From: Lophium mytilinum
Lineage: Eukaryota
DNA: 64,000 bases
Direction: 5' to 3'
Assembly (NCBI GenBank): GCA_010093605.1
Contig: MU004186.1
Span: 513,765-577,764 of the forward strand
Program-made: the position numbers and the translations under genes
Shown: positions 48,001 through 58,555 of the stretch, one piece after another
Numbering within the stretch: the first letter of the stretch is position 1
Layout of the letters: the number at the start of each line of letters is the position of its first letter
Notes under the pieces: model-generated
The model's input: the letters and a program-made list of their open reading frames with translations, nothing else
Database searches by the model: none
What the model was told of the DNA's origin: nothing

Positions 48001-50362
48001 TCGCTTGCTCAGAGATATTAGCTTCTTTCTTGTCCTCGTGGCCACGGGTACTCTTGCCAAGACCAAAGCCAATGCCTCCAGCGAGGGCAGCACCTATTGC
48101 GCTCGAAGCATTCGACAGTATGCCTTTTGACTCTGGCTCCCATGGGTCTGTCATCATATAGGAGTCAACCATCTGTGGCCGAGGCTTAAGCTCAGGCTTC
48201 GGAACGGGTTCCATGGGGGACACGGCAAGAGGAGACCTTCGCACAGCCTCAGGAGAGGATTCAGGAGAGAGAAGAACAGATCTGCTTGGTGTTCCATCGG
48301 CAACACTGCCATCTTCACTCTCGCCACTAAGATTTCCGAGCTCTGCGAACAAGCTTTGGCCTTGAGCGGGTGTGCTTGAATTGCTCGCCAAGCTCGCTGG
48401 AGAGTCTTTAGCTGGGGGAGTGTTGGTAAACAGGTCACTGGAGTTCTGCGATCGGCGGTATCCACCTTGCCCTCTGATCTTGAGGCGATAGCGAGGGTGC
48501 TGAGCCTGGACTGGAGTGCGAACATCCATGTCATCTCCCTCTTCTCCAGAAGTAGACGCGGTGCTCTGGTATGAGTTGCGGTTTCGGGGAATTGAAAGAG
48601 GCGATGGTCTCGAGTGTCGAGCAGCAGGTGTTGCAGAAGCATTGCCTTCAGTTTCTGTGAGATCATCACTGCTGTCACCGTCCAGAGTCTCAGCGCCAGT
48701 ATGGAAAGCATCGGTTTCCGTCGTGGTGCCATCACGTTCGTTGGCGGTCTCGAAGGCATCGGAATTCTCGGTCGCAGTCTCAAATGCCTCGTTGCTTGTG
48801 TCGACGGCGGAACTGTGACCAGGCGAGAGACGGCGAGCTCCAACAGACCCAGGGGCTAGCAGTGATCTTGATCGCCGGCTTGGGGACTCTTGACCGTCAT
48901 GCTCCTCCCATTCTTCATCATCAACAATGATCTCTTGATTGCCACTCCTGACGGCTCCTAGCCGGTCAGGTCTTACAGGCTTCTTGAAGACATCCTTTTC
49001 GTTTGGCTTGCGCCTCTTTCCAGCACTGCCGAGTCCGTTAATGCCGCCGTCTCGCTTGGTCTCGAGCTCGTCACGAGCATCCTGCAACATCCGTTTGAGT
49101 TCAATCTTCTCAGTCTTCTCGCGATGGATGTTGTTCTTGAGGTTCTGGATCATGCGGTGGGCGTGAACAAGCGAGTGCTTGAGAGTCTCGGATTCCAGCT
49201 GCCCGTGCCTAGGGGTAGCTTTACTTGGTGATGGAGGCGGCGAGTGCTCGGGAGTGATAGTGTCGCCCTCCTTGCCGTCATTGTCCGACGAAGTGTCATT
49301 TACACCACCGTGGTCGTCAGATCTCATGCGGTATGCGACAGCTCTGGCCAGTTCCTGATTCTGTGCGGCGAGTTCTTCAACTTTACGTTGAAGGGCACCG
49401 CGCTCTGTCTCACCCACATTGACATTGCGGCGAAGGCCAGTAAGCTCCGATTCAGCTTGCTTAGTTTTGGCGGTATGGTCCTCACTGAGCTTGGCATGTG
49501 CTTGCTTGAGCTCTTCAAAATCCCGCTCCACGGTGGACTTTTCGGTTTTGGCAAGGTTTAGACTCTGATTGAGGCGCTGCTCCCTGTCCGCTAGCTCCTT
49601 TGCAGAGGCCTCAAAATCACGAACTTGGCTTTCCAGACTCCAATTGACATCCTTCAGCCGAGACTCGCTCTCATCCAGGGTTCGGATCCGTTGTGACAGT
49701 CCTTCCACCTCGATCTCCAATTGCGACCGTTCCAGGTCCGCAGCCTTGAGAGCATCATCTTTCTCTGCGAGAACCGTTTGTAGATCTCGGACTTGTGACA
49801 GTAGAGACGTGCTGATCTCAGTCGCAAGTGTGATATCGTGGATGCGACTCGGCTGTTGGTTTCGCTGTTTCCGCGACGGCGCGCTGACCTTGGATGGCGA
49901 GTGTTGAGCCTCGCTGGAATACACTGAAGCGCCAGCAGTAGTATCGGGAGCCTCTCCGCTAGGAACGCGGGACTTTGGCAGGAAGGCGCGTGCCGTTTCT
50001 CTTCCTACCTCATTGTACTCTTTTTCCAGCTCGGCGAGCTTCTGGCGCAGCTCCGGGCCGATCTCGTTGTCCTCCGACTGCTTCTCGACATCCTTCAGCC
50101 TCTCCTCCAAGTCCTTCCGCTGCTGGACAAGCGAGTTGCCCAGCTGAGAGGCCTCTTGTAATCTCCGTGTTGTTTCCTGCAAGTGTGCTTGTAGCGCGCG
50201 TTTTGTCTGGGCGGGGGAGCCGGTGGAAAATAGCGAGAACTGCTGGTTGTCGAAAGCGGAATAGCGATGCTTCTTGTTGTCCTGGGTGCTCGACACGAAG
50301 GGGTCCGAGCCGTTGTAATCCTCCACCGGCAGCGCGCCGGGTGCCAGATTCGCCGTGGCCAT
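45077..50362 (-). CDS. apsA: Cortical dynein anchor / nuclear migration protein ApsA (Num1 family): N-terminal coiled coil, central repeats, C-terminal PH domain; one intron ~45208-45258
   Basis: Long coiled coil; PH domain TDPRMIQAITQTMIGEFLWKYTRK...RHRRFFWVHPYTRTLYWS; RLENVRACCDGKHDVGSL. Confidence 0.9.
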   Translation of the reverse strand: MATANLAPGALPVEDYNGSDPFVSSTQDNKKHRYSAFDNQQFSLFSTGSPAQTKRALQAHLQETTRRLQEASQLGNSLVQQRKDLEERLKDVEKQSEDNEIGPELRQKLAELEKEYNEVGRETARAFLPKSRVPSGEAPDTTAGASVYSSEAQHSPSKVSAPSRKQRNQQPSRIHDITLATEISTSLLSQVRDLQTVLAEKDDALKAADLERSQLEIEVEGLSQRIRTLDESESRLKDVNWSLESQVRDFEASAKELADREQRLNQSLNLAKTEKSTVERDFEELKQAHAKLSEDHTAKTKQAESELTGLRRNVNVGETERGALQRKVEELAAQNQELARAVAYRMRSDDHGGVNDTSSDNDGKEGDTITPEHSPPPSPSKATPRHGQLESETLKHSLVHAHRMIQNLKNNIHREKTEKIELKRMLQDARDELETKRDGGINGLGSAGKRRKPNEKDVFKKPVRPDRLGAVRSGNQEIIVDDEEWEEHDGQESPSRRSRSLLAPGSVGARRLSPGHSSAVDTSNEAFETATENSDAFETANERDGTTTETDAFHTGAETLDGDSSDDLTETEGNASATPAARHSRPSPLSIPRNRNSYQSTASTSGEEGDDMDVRTPVQAQHPRYRLKIRGQGGYRRSQNSSDLFTNTPPAKDSPASLASNSSTPAQGQSLFAELGNLSGESEDGSVADGTPSRSVLLSPESSPEAVRRSPLAVSPMEPVPKPELKPRPQMVDSYMMTDPWEPESKGILSNASSAIGAALAGGIGFGLGKSTRGHEDKKEANISEQATTGADEAAVEEASPGKAIFEETPVAAAAAVSHAGTTTELEEPHAPIALSMSSISEQETEPITVEPPAPILPSVSHAGTATEAETPPAPPVFGISTIAEQQTEPIIPEPTAEPIAAAVVATEAESRPTPVFSISTIAEQQTEPLVPEPIAAAVLAKEAEEPPAPTVFSISTISEQQTKPLVPEPAAEPIAATVVATEPEEPRTVSALSISSISEQQTEPRTPMLDKFPSPPFNISSISELQTEPVEPPVPSAPKFSGITQQQTEPLSPVPAVKAQRLSTLLSQETKPESPTVPGFPPIAGFHGRDQTPAIPVLGEAVLSFSEIIEQDYEPQEPSRPPTAHRVAAVSTSPQNGDIAREKSSAADEPKQTLGFFSSVLPWGKSTETSADGTHDETAEAPQIPPKALERSASVEPMSVPAAPRSIAQNETAVASRPGTAVHSPRTITSDGGTQTMVSSDQIDKLLAMKPQQRNSATLGATGVDKRFNSPPASPKKPQHIATMVDPHKTPRRPGSAGSGRTRGASPPPLPADHKQVIAAAAAQKASLIAPVPIRPSTPASVMGPPMMPASAYKARPRTPVRSQSGNLLASPVSKGSATPRPRNSTMRSDAGSSIGRRSSMSSFTSEIDQRFGNAAGGSMGPEGFDPATTDPRMIQAITQTMIGEFLWKYTRKAGSENMSENRHRRFFWVHPYTRTLYWSEQNPVTAGRAQLKAKSVAIQAVQVVTDDNPYPPGLHRKSLVILTPGRSVKFTATTSQRHETWFNALSYLLMRTGNEQDGEAAEAEDDVKEFNPAYANRSASRQTGRSRASLSSYTSRRTSSPHRTQHPTLGSRQPSAAQLATSQGPVQGSMSGRFSSLSGMFRPNMALRGSFSSRKSQVSVQDTPPYQTEPHDSADDLRQIIQQQEEESDRLENVRACCDGKLFSVQALDSVTNTCVGKHDVGSLSRSGRHRHSHHGNGLTSHSRTNSHNHAEADGANGH
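47015..47910 (-). repeat. About nine degenerate coding repeats (core IS[S/T]I[S/A]EQQTEP) inside ApsA
   Basis: MSSISEQETEP, ISTIAEQQTEP (twice), ISTISEQQTKP, ISSISEQQTEP, ISSISELQTEP, FSGITQQQTEP, LSTLLSQETKP and FSEIIEQDYEP. Confidence 0.85.
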
Positions 50363-51643
50363 GACGGCGGTTAGTCGACGGATCAAGCGTTCAATTTCCC
50401 ATCAGATTGGCTCTTATATTGCGCGGTTCGATGGGGTGGAGCAGCCGGGCGAGGATCGAATCCCGAGGTCGCGGGCGTTTGAGGGGGTGCGGGAAAAATG
50501 TCTCGTGTGATTATTATTAGATGTCTGAATCACACTCCCAACGCGACGACGGGTGAATGGCGGTATCCAAGACAGACGGCGGTCGAAGAAGAGGACAAAA
50601 GGAATGGCGAGGGAGATGGGTTTGGGCGACGACAGGAATGCGCGCTGGAGAGGCAGGTGGCGTGGGCCGTGGACGCGAATAGACGGGCGGTGGGCCTCCA
50701 GCTGTCAACAACAGCGGGTTCCAAGGTTGGCTACGCGTCACGACCGTCACAACTAAGGGCCGATGGTGATGCGCATCATAAGGCCGCGCCGGGCGACAAA
50801 GTAAGACAGACGGGTAGAGGAGCGACAGACGGGCAGCGGCGAAAGAGTCCCGGGCGGGAGTGAAGCAAGAGTTGTATGCGACGGGATCAGGGTTAGGGGG
50901 ATCCTAGCTTCGCGGAGATGATGCACCCACGGCCTTAGCACCATTGGGTGTCATTCACCAAACACCAATTGCCTGCATAATGCATAAGGCGGCTACCCTC
51001 GACAACATTCAGCGTGTTTTGACAGTGCCGCAGCGTTTCATTTGGCAGCGGGCGGCAAAGATCGATCGCCAGAAACGCACACCATCTTCACGCGATTCGC
51101 TTTCCCCACATCTCGCCAAGCCGGGCTCATCTTGTTTGTTAAGACGGTGCCCTTGCGCTTCTCTATCCATGGATTTCAGGGGAAAACCACCTACGTGTCA
51201 ATTATGTACTAAATCGCAGCGTCTGCACAGTATGGCCATGGATCCCTGACTGCTGTAAGTATGCGGTGCTACTTTAGTGTGGCATGTTAGCTAATGAGGC
51301 TTTGTGGTGGTCTCAAATCCGGGATCGAATAGGCCGTGCATTTTTGGTTAGGACACAAAAGAAACGAGGTCCTTCGTAGCGTATCAGAGTGATGAGATGT
51401 CGATGCAAGCGAGGATGACACAGGAGAAGATGTGGGCGCTTCACAATGAGTGGGCCAACTGGGAATAGATTTAGTCGTTACCCTTTTCTTGGTAAATATA
51501 AACAAATCATGCCGTGATCAATAAAGTTGAAACTCACAGATTGTCCTAAGATACAATAACCGTTTAGCCATCTGAATCATCTAGAACAGACTCGTAATCT
51601 CACCCATTTCATTTGGCAAGTACAGCCCCACAAAGTAAGGACA

Positions 51644-51695
51644 TTCTTTTCTTTTTGGCTTCTTTTCTTTTTGGCTTCTTTTCTTTTTGGCTTCT
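51644..51695. repeat. 16-bp tandem repeat (TTCTTTTCTTTTTGGC, three copies)
   Basis: Three perfect adjacent copies upstream of the ORF at 51778/51832. Confidence 0.9.
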
Positions 51696-51831
51696 AGCGC
51701 TCTCCACTTTCTACTTGTTTCCTTCTTGTAAAACAAATTAATAGTAGTATTTAAGAACCATCATTCCCAAAACTTCAATGTCGCTAACTTCAAGCTTTCT
51801 ACACCGGCATACAGGTAACAAGAAGCCGACT

Positions 51832-52608
51832 ATGAACCGCAATTCTACAGGCTGCTTGGGCTATGGCCCAAATCCCTTCATCAACAGACACAGCGGTACT
51901 CAAGGGCTCAACGGGAATGACACACCTGGTCTCGGTGGTTTCCCAAGCATGGGACGCTACGGTTCCATGTCAGCAAGAGAGGCACCACATGCTGCTCAGC
52001 AGGCCGCTGATGCCAGTCGAAGGCGTCGACACGACGACCCTCCGCCTTTCCCTCTGCACCGGCCTCTTAGATATCCAGAATACATTCCACAGCCCCGTTC
52101 GGCTTCCCTTGGTCACCACCCGCTCAGACCACCTCAATTACCTGCTCGAGTTCCAAACCACCGCTCACCTCCTTCTAATCGGGCCATCCGACGTCCAGAT
52201 ATCTACCAGCCGCTCTCTGGATATGATGGTTCAAGGCCCCGTTTCCCTCCGTTCGACCCGAGCTCTGACTACTCCGACTCCTCAGCAGATGACGAGGATA
52301 GACTCGCTCGGTTGCAGGAAGACCTCACACAGCGGGAAGAAGATCTCGTGCAGCGCGAACGGGATATGACAGCCTGGGGCGATGAGCTCTCCTTTCAGCA
52401 CAGGGAGGCAAGTGGGCGGGAGAATGAACTCTCCCTTCAGCATATGGAGGCAAGTAGGCGGGAGAATGAAGCCACTGTCAGGGAGCAGAATCTGAGTAGA
52501 CGGGAGGATGAAGCGATGATCAGAGAGCAAAATTTGATTAGGCGGGAGAGGCATATTCAATCTAGAGAAGAGAAGCTGCCGGTGGTGAGGAGCACAGCGT
52601 TCCATTAG
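51832..52608 (+). CDS. Orphan protein: P/R-rich disordered N-terminus and C-terminal coiled coil of 14-aa repeats
   Basis: Single ORF (alternative ATG at 51778) with 42-bp repeat units at ~52384-52548 (ELSFQHREASGREN, ELSLQHMEASRREN, EATVREQNLSRRED). Confidence 0.6.
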   Translation: MNRNSTGCLGYGPNPFINRHSGTQGLNGNDTPGLGGFPSMGRYGSMSAREAPHAAQQAADASRRRRHDDPPPFPLHRPLRYPEYIPQPRSASLGHHPLRPPQLPARVPNHRSPPSNRAIRRPDIYQPLSGYDGSRPRFPPFDPSSDYSDSSADDEDRLARLQEDLTQREEDLVQRERDMTAWGDELSFQHREASGRENELSLQHMEASRRENEATVREQNLSRREDEAMIREQNLIRRERHIQSREEKLPVVRSTAFH

Positions 52609-52838
52609 GCGTGGATGGGGTTGGCGACGGGAAATTAGAGCGCAGCTTTCTTGTTTCATTGTGTCGCCATAGCCTGCACCTGGCCTTCATACACTTCTTT
52701 ACCACTGCTAGCCACCCTAGGCAATGGTATACGCGAGTGTTCTGTTTCGACAATCGTAGCCTAAATCGAGGTATTATGGGGTAAACTTTTCTTTTCTCTG
52801 AGATCATGCAGTTCCACCTGCATGATAAAGTCTCAGTA

Positions 52839-53043
52839 CAGTACTAGGCCATGAGCCTGGGCACACAGACTCATTACAGCTCCGCTCCAACTTACACACT
52901 CGACACCATGGGCAGCTAGTTAGTCAAAAGATAGTCTAATTTGCACCCCTTGAGGGTTGATATTGGCCTTCAGTCTTCGAAATCCTGTGGGGGTACCCTT
53001 AGCAGTGGTGATCCAGTGTGCCCAGACTTGTAGCCTGTCACTG
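52839..53043 (+). mobile_element. Tc1/mariner-type MITE, copy 2
   Basis: TA|CAGTACTAGGCCATGAGCCTGGGCACAC ... GTGTGCCCAGACTTGTAGCCTGTCACTG|TA. The interior aligns with copy 1 (GCTCCAACTT, AGTCTAAT, AGTCTTCGAAA, AGCAGTGG). Confidence 0.85.
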
Positions 53044-53504
53044 TATTGCGGCATAAGTTCTTCTGGGGTGTTCGAGATGCCACGTGAAAACCACTTGAGA
53101 CATTGTGGATTGAACCGCCTCTTCCTGTCCAGTAGGTTTACTCAGGATATTGTGTATATCCTTCCTGCTAGCTAGCTTCGTCAACACCTCTCATCTTAAT
53201 TGCTTTTCTTTCTTGCTGTCGCTCACCGCTTGTGTGCAGTTCTAACCGTTTCTCGAATTCTAAGCCAAGCTCCAGAACATTTCCATTGCTTGCTCATTTC
53301 GCATTCACCGCTTGCCTGTCTCATCATTTCACCTATTTAGACAATTCTATGAAAAGACCCCGCCACAAGCTCTGTGTGCTCTGCATCTCTACCTCCACAT
53401 ATTGCAATCACGGGATCTGTGCACTCATCTGCCGCCGTCGGAAGTCTCTCCTCACATTCTCCAACGCCCACGTTCAGAGGCTCACAACACCTGCCACCGC
53501 CGCG

Positions 53505-55044
53505 ATGCAGCATCATCTCGCTGCAAACACCGACGCCTCGTACGTCCCGTTCGAGCGCTCTTCTTCCGGTTCCTCCGATTCCTCCTCCGAGCTCGAAGCT
53601 GGCGAAATCCGGGACACTCACACGGAGACGGAGAAGCCTGATCGCAAAGCTGACAATCGGCCCAACCGCAGTAGTGATACATCACGGCCGAACAGTCGCA
53701 GGGAACAGAGTATAGAGAATGCAGTATCAGCAGGTCGAATGGATGGACAGCGGATCTCCCGTGCGCCTAGTACCCGCCTCAAGCGACCACATCACGAGAC
53801 CTTCTCTATTCCCTCCATGAACACAGCACCTCGCTCGGAAGACGGTAGAGCCCAGCTCTCTGGTGCGCCTCCCACCAGCCTTAGTGGTAGAGCACGCATG
53901 TCTCTTGCACCTTCCACCCGTCTCGAGCGGTCAGATTCAGACCTTGAGGGCCTCACTTCTCCCTCTCAGACGAAAACCCCACCATCATACATCGAACCGG
54001 ACGAGCTGCCGCCAACCAAACGCCCGTGCCTTGCTATCTCCCCAGAGCAAAAGTATGTTGCGCCTTATAGACCCATTACGCTCGGTGTAAACCCTCGTAC
54101 GGGCGGATCTCTTCTCTATCGCGAGGGCTTACCGATGACTTGCTTCTATTTCATGCAGAAGGGCTGCTTCCGCACGGCGGAGAATTGCAAGTACGCGCAT
54201 TGGGATACGGGAGAATACTCCGAGGAGCCATTTACGACGTCGTGGAAGATGCAAATGCAGGATGTCAAGACAGCGCATATGAACAGTAAAGGGGAAAATG
54301 GTGAGTGGGCCTGCCTGTGTATAATCTTTTGGCACTATCAGAGTGGCTTTAGAGCGTTTCAGGCGTCTGAACGAGACAGAATGTCGTCGTTTTGGACGAT
54401 CTGGAAGCTCGCTGATGCAGGGTGGTGGAAGAGTGTATACAGCTCCATAACCAGACGTCATATTTACTGACCAAAATCCAATAGAAAGCTCCTCTTTCCA
54501 GAATCCTTCGGCTCGCCACTCCCAGAAACCACCCCCTTCTAAACCGAAGATCGAGCTTCGGTCAAAGATACGCCACCCAGGAGCCAGTCGCATGCACCGC
54601 GGCCGTGGCCACCGCCATATGGACTCCCCTCCACCCCTCGGTCCGCCTCTCAAGGCGACCCCGGAAGCCTCCCACAGCCAGAGCTACCAAGCTGAGCTCC
54701 TTGAAATCGACCGCCTCCTGGCCGAGCGAAAAGCTGTGGTCTCTGCCCTCGAGGCTTTAAATTGCTCCCCGTCAGCATCGAATCTGCGAATCCAGACACC
54801 CGTCGCTAACCCCCCTGAGCATGATGTGACGAACACAGGCATGATGAACACAGACATGACGGACACAGGCATGACGGAGTATGGAAAGCAGAAACAGGAG
54901 TTGCGGAAGTGGGAACAGAGGCTCAGAGACTGGGAGAAAGTCCTTGGTGGCCGCGAGGAAGCGGTGATTGCGGAAGAGGAGAGGTTGGGGGACTGGGAGG
55001 GGCTGTTAGGGCTCAGGGAGGAGAGGCTGAGAGGACGGGGCTAG
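53505..55044 (+). CDS. CCCH zinc-finger / coiled-coil protein A (intron 54301-54484)
   Basis: CFYFMQKGCFRTAENCKYAH finger. A phase-1 intron joins the ORF in frame to 54485-55044, which ends in a WEQRL/REERL coiled coil. The start codon is uncertain. Confidence 0.7.
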
Positions 55045-55854
55045 CACTGTGTGGGGTGCCATGTCTGGGTACGGTTTTCTCAAGTATGGCGGGATTTTGA
55101 GAAAGCCATTTGCAGGGCGTCGAGAAGTTGCATTTCAGCTTGCGGCAAATTCAAATGAGTAGCCCCAAGGCATGATTGGAAATGAGCTCGCGAGCCTCTA
55201 CGTGTAGGAAGGTTGAAAGCTAATGCTGTAGACTGATGTTACGGCTGTCCGAGGTAGCTCAGTATACTTTTGGAGATTTGGAAGGACTATGCTCATGTGA
55301 CTTTTGAGTACTCGTAGATGACGCTATTGGGGGTGGCCCGTCGATCGCTCAGGTCGTTCGAACTGGTTCGGCTACATCTCATTCGTATTCAAGAGAACTT
55401 TCTGGATGGCTTCAGAGAGTGGAAGACAAGTGTACACAACCTGAAACTGCGTAGCGAGTGAAAGGTGGACCGCCCGTGCCTCAAAGGCAATTGAATATAC
55501 GTAGATGTACTTTACATACCCATACCCCTATTCCTTCAAGCATCCACCAAATGGTGGCTTAGTACTATTGATAGAATATCCGAAAGCCCACCGAAGATGC
55601 CCTAGCTCCTAGCCGCGGTAGCGATCTCAGCTAGAGTCTTCGTAGTCTCTACGCCCTGGATCCAATCTGCTTGTGTGTTTGCACAGGCGTGAAGACATGT
55701 GCCCCCCTTTTCTCTCTGGCTTATATTCACCTTTGCCTATAAAGTATCAAGAAAGACTCATCACTTTATAACAGACAACCAGCCTCATTCTCCAATCTCT
55801 TCCCTCCCCAAATCACCAGACACCCTACACCGCACAGCAAACACAACCCCAACA

Positions 55855-57496
55855 ATGGCCTCTCCTCGCGGCACCAAACGCCGCGCAGACGACCCTAGCT
55901 CTCCATACACCGGCCTTTCACGCCCCCTTAGCATCGAAAACTCAGCAGTAGAGTACGAGCAGCTCAAAGAGAGAATACGATTGCGGAACCGGAGCTTGAA
56001 CGCGAGCCGACTATTAGACCCTCTGTCTCCCCCTCGCTACCTCTCTCGTAGTGATGTAGAGCGGCCGATGGCCTCGGGTCCACATGTAGCGAGACCTGAG
56101 CTAGATTACGGAGATCGCGACGGAAACCATGGTAGCTATAGCGGTCGGGTAGACGATGGTGCGGCGCAACGACGAGAGAGCCTCGAAGAAGGGGAGATTC
56201 GGCGGGAGGGTGAAGACCGGATGAACTCTCCTTTTCCTCACACTTTTTCCCCAGACAGGCCTACGACTGCGACCGCGATGGGATCGCCACCTCCTCAGCG
56301 TAACCCAATACAGCCCCGTGACTATGAGCCCCAAATGCGCCCGCCTGGTTCTCGCCCCGCTCATCCAGGATGGCCCACGATTGCGCAAGACCAATACGAG
56401 GATCGAACGGCCCCCTCAGTCCCCCACCCCTCTCACCAGCTCCGACCCACCCTCAAAACCAAGTTCGTGAACGGGGCAACCGTCCCCATCACCTGCCGCT
56501 GGTGGAAGTTCGGCGGCGCCACCGGCTGCCACAACACGGCTGAAACCTGCCCCTACGCACACTTCGACACGGGCGTGTACGCGGAACTTGGGCCGAGGAG
56601 TGTGGTGGCTGGCTCGAGGAAGCGGTGGAAGAAAAAGAAGAGGTTGGTTCAGAATGCTGCGGATCCTGGTAAGTGTAGATGATCGTGAATACTGGGGGAT
56701 GCGCTAATGGTACATAGGTATGGTAGAGGAGTCAAGGCGTAAAGAGGGCGCGGCGATGGAGCCGGACCCTAATCAGATCACTGCTCCGCCGAGGAGGACG
56801 TTCTCAGGCAGGCAGGAGGAGCCGCACGTGCGGTTTGGGGAGCGGTTGAGGCCTGGGCCGGTAATGCAGCAATTTGAGCCTTATCGGGCGGATGGGCAGG
56901 CGCGTAGGAATGAGGAATACCGGCAAGAAGATGAGCCGCCTTATCTCCATGGAAGAAGCGGAGGAGCTGGAGTCAATCAAGGTTATCGCGATGACGATGA
57001 GTATGAGCCGAGTTTTCAGGGTGGAGATGCCACAGGCCGAGGGAATGAGGGCTATCGATATGACGACGAGGATTATCGCGATGACGACGAGGATTATCGC
57101 GACGAGGATCGCATGGAGACGCCTGGCAGTGGACAACGAGCCCCAGATTCACATGCTCAGAACTTCCGACAACAGGCCCACAACATGCTGAACGAGAGGC
57201 AGAAGAACCTGGACGAGTGGGAAAAGAGGCTTCGCTGGCAGGCTTCAGATTTGGAGCAACAAAAGCGAGGGCACGATGAGGAGGCGAGGAAGAAGAGAGA
57301 TGATCTTGAGAAGCGGGAAGACATGTTCTGGAAAAAGGAAGAGGACTTGCGGAAAGGATGGCAGGACCTTGGGACGCGAAGGCTGGAGGTGACAAAGCGG
57401 GAGGAAGAGCTTCAGAAGCGGGAGGAGATTCAACGGGTGGCAGAGCAGACAGCGAGAGATGGGAAGAGTGCTTTTGATACGAAGTTTGCGTGGTGA
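55855..57496 (+). CDS. CCCH zinc-finger / coiled-coil protein B (intron 56669-56717)
   Basis: CRWWKFGGATGCHNTAETCPYAH finger, basic RKRWKKKKR, a phase-1 intron and a C-terminal WEKRL/REEEL coiled coil. Confidence 0.75.
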
Positions 57497-58555
57497 GAAG
57501 GGCTCTGAGAGGTGAGAGAGCGACATCGAGTTGATCTCTCTCATTCTAGGTGCCTGACGGCGGTATCTGTCTTGGGGATTTCTATTGCCTTGTAGTACTC
57601 ACTAATTAGGCACGGAGTCTAATCATAATGGAAAAATGGGTGTTGGAATAATGTTTGACCGGAAGAAAGAGACGCCACGCCTCATCGAAAGTGCAAAAGT
57701 CAGAGTGGAGCCCTTGCAGGTGCCTGCAGCGGACCCACAGTGCTAGCTGTTTTGAGACGGCTCATAAATCTTGGAGTCGGAGAAAGCGTGTCGGATACGA
57801 TGCTTCAGTGTACGCTTTTCTTTCTCATCGCTCTCGAAAGCCACCCACTATGTTATCCAAGCCGCAACTTCATTATCAGTCCTTCTTTGCCTCCCTTACA
57901 AACCTCTATCAAATGCTCAAATAGGTTAGCGTGTCCACCTGACATTCAAGGCGCAATACGAGAGGCTCCCACCGGCCAGCACAGCCTCACGGCCTTGCAG
58001 CACCCTGCTCCTGCAGCCACCCACGGCACCCCCAGCGAATCCCACACCTCTCCAATCCGCTAAAAGTGCACTTTGTGCTGCGGGGAGTGGCTCACCCGCT
58101 TGCATTCCGCACGAAATGGACCAAGCCAGCTGCAGACCTGCCCGGAGTCACCTCATAGCCGACTGAGTCCCGACATCATTTTCCCCATTCTCTGTCGCTC
58201 GTCCTTAAGGTTGAGGCTTTAAGGTGCTGTTGGAGCTGAGCTTTCGAGATTCATAAGGTTGTGGCAAGCTCGCTCTTGAGCAACACCGAAGACGAGCGCT
58301 TACCAAACCGTGCATCCAAAGGTATCCATCTCGTTTTTGGATTGGCCTTTTCATATTCTACTGCCGTTTCGATGATTATTTGTACTGCCTCCTTGCTCTG
58401 CGGTATCGACATACTCCTAGAGAGAGCGCTTCTCGTTACTCTACCAACTCATCCTCTGAAGTCGTACCCCGCAATCACCATCGGAAAGGTCCTGCACAGC
58501 CACCCATCGATATCACCCAGCCACACAACTTGGATGACCATCGGCAGAGGCAAAG

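Noticed and set aside
55329..55380. GTTCGAA-containing stretch resembling a tRNA T-loop
   Set aside because: No cloverleaf, acceptor stem or A-box could be built, and no tRNA or rRNA was recognised anywhere in the window.
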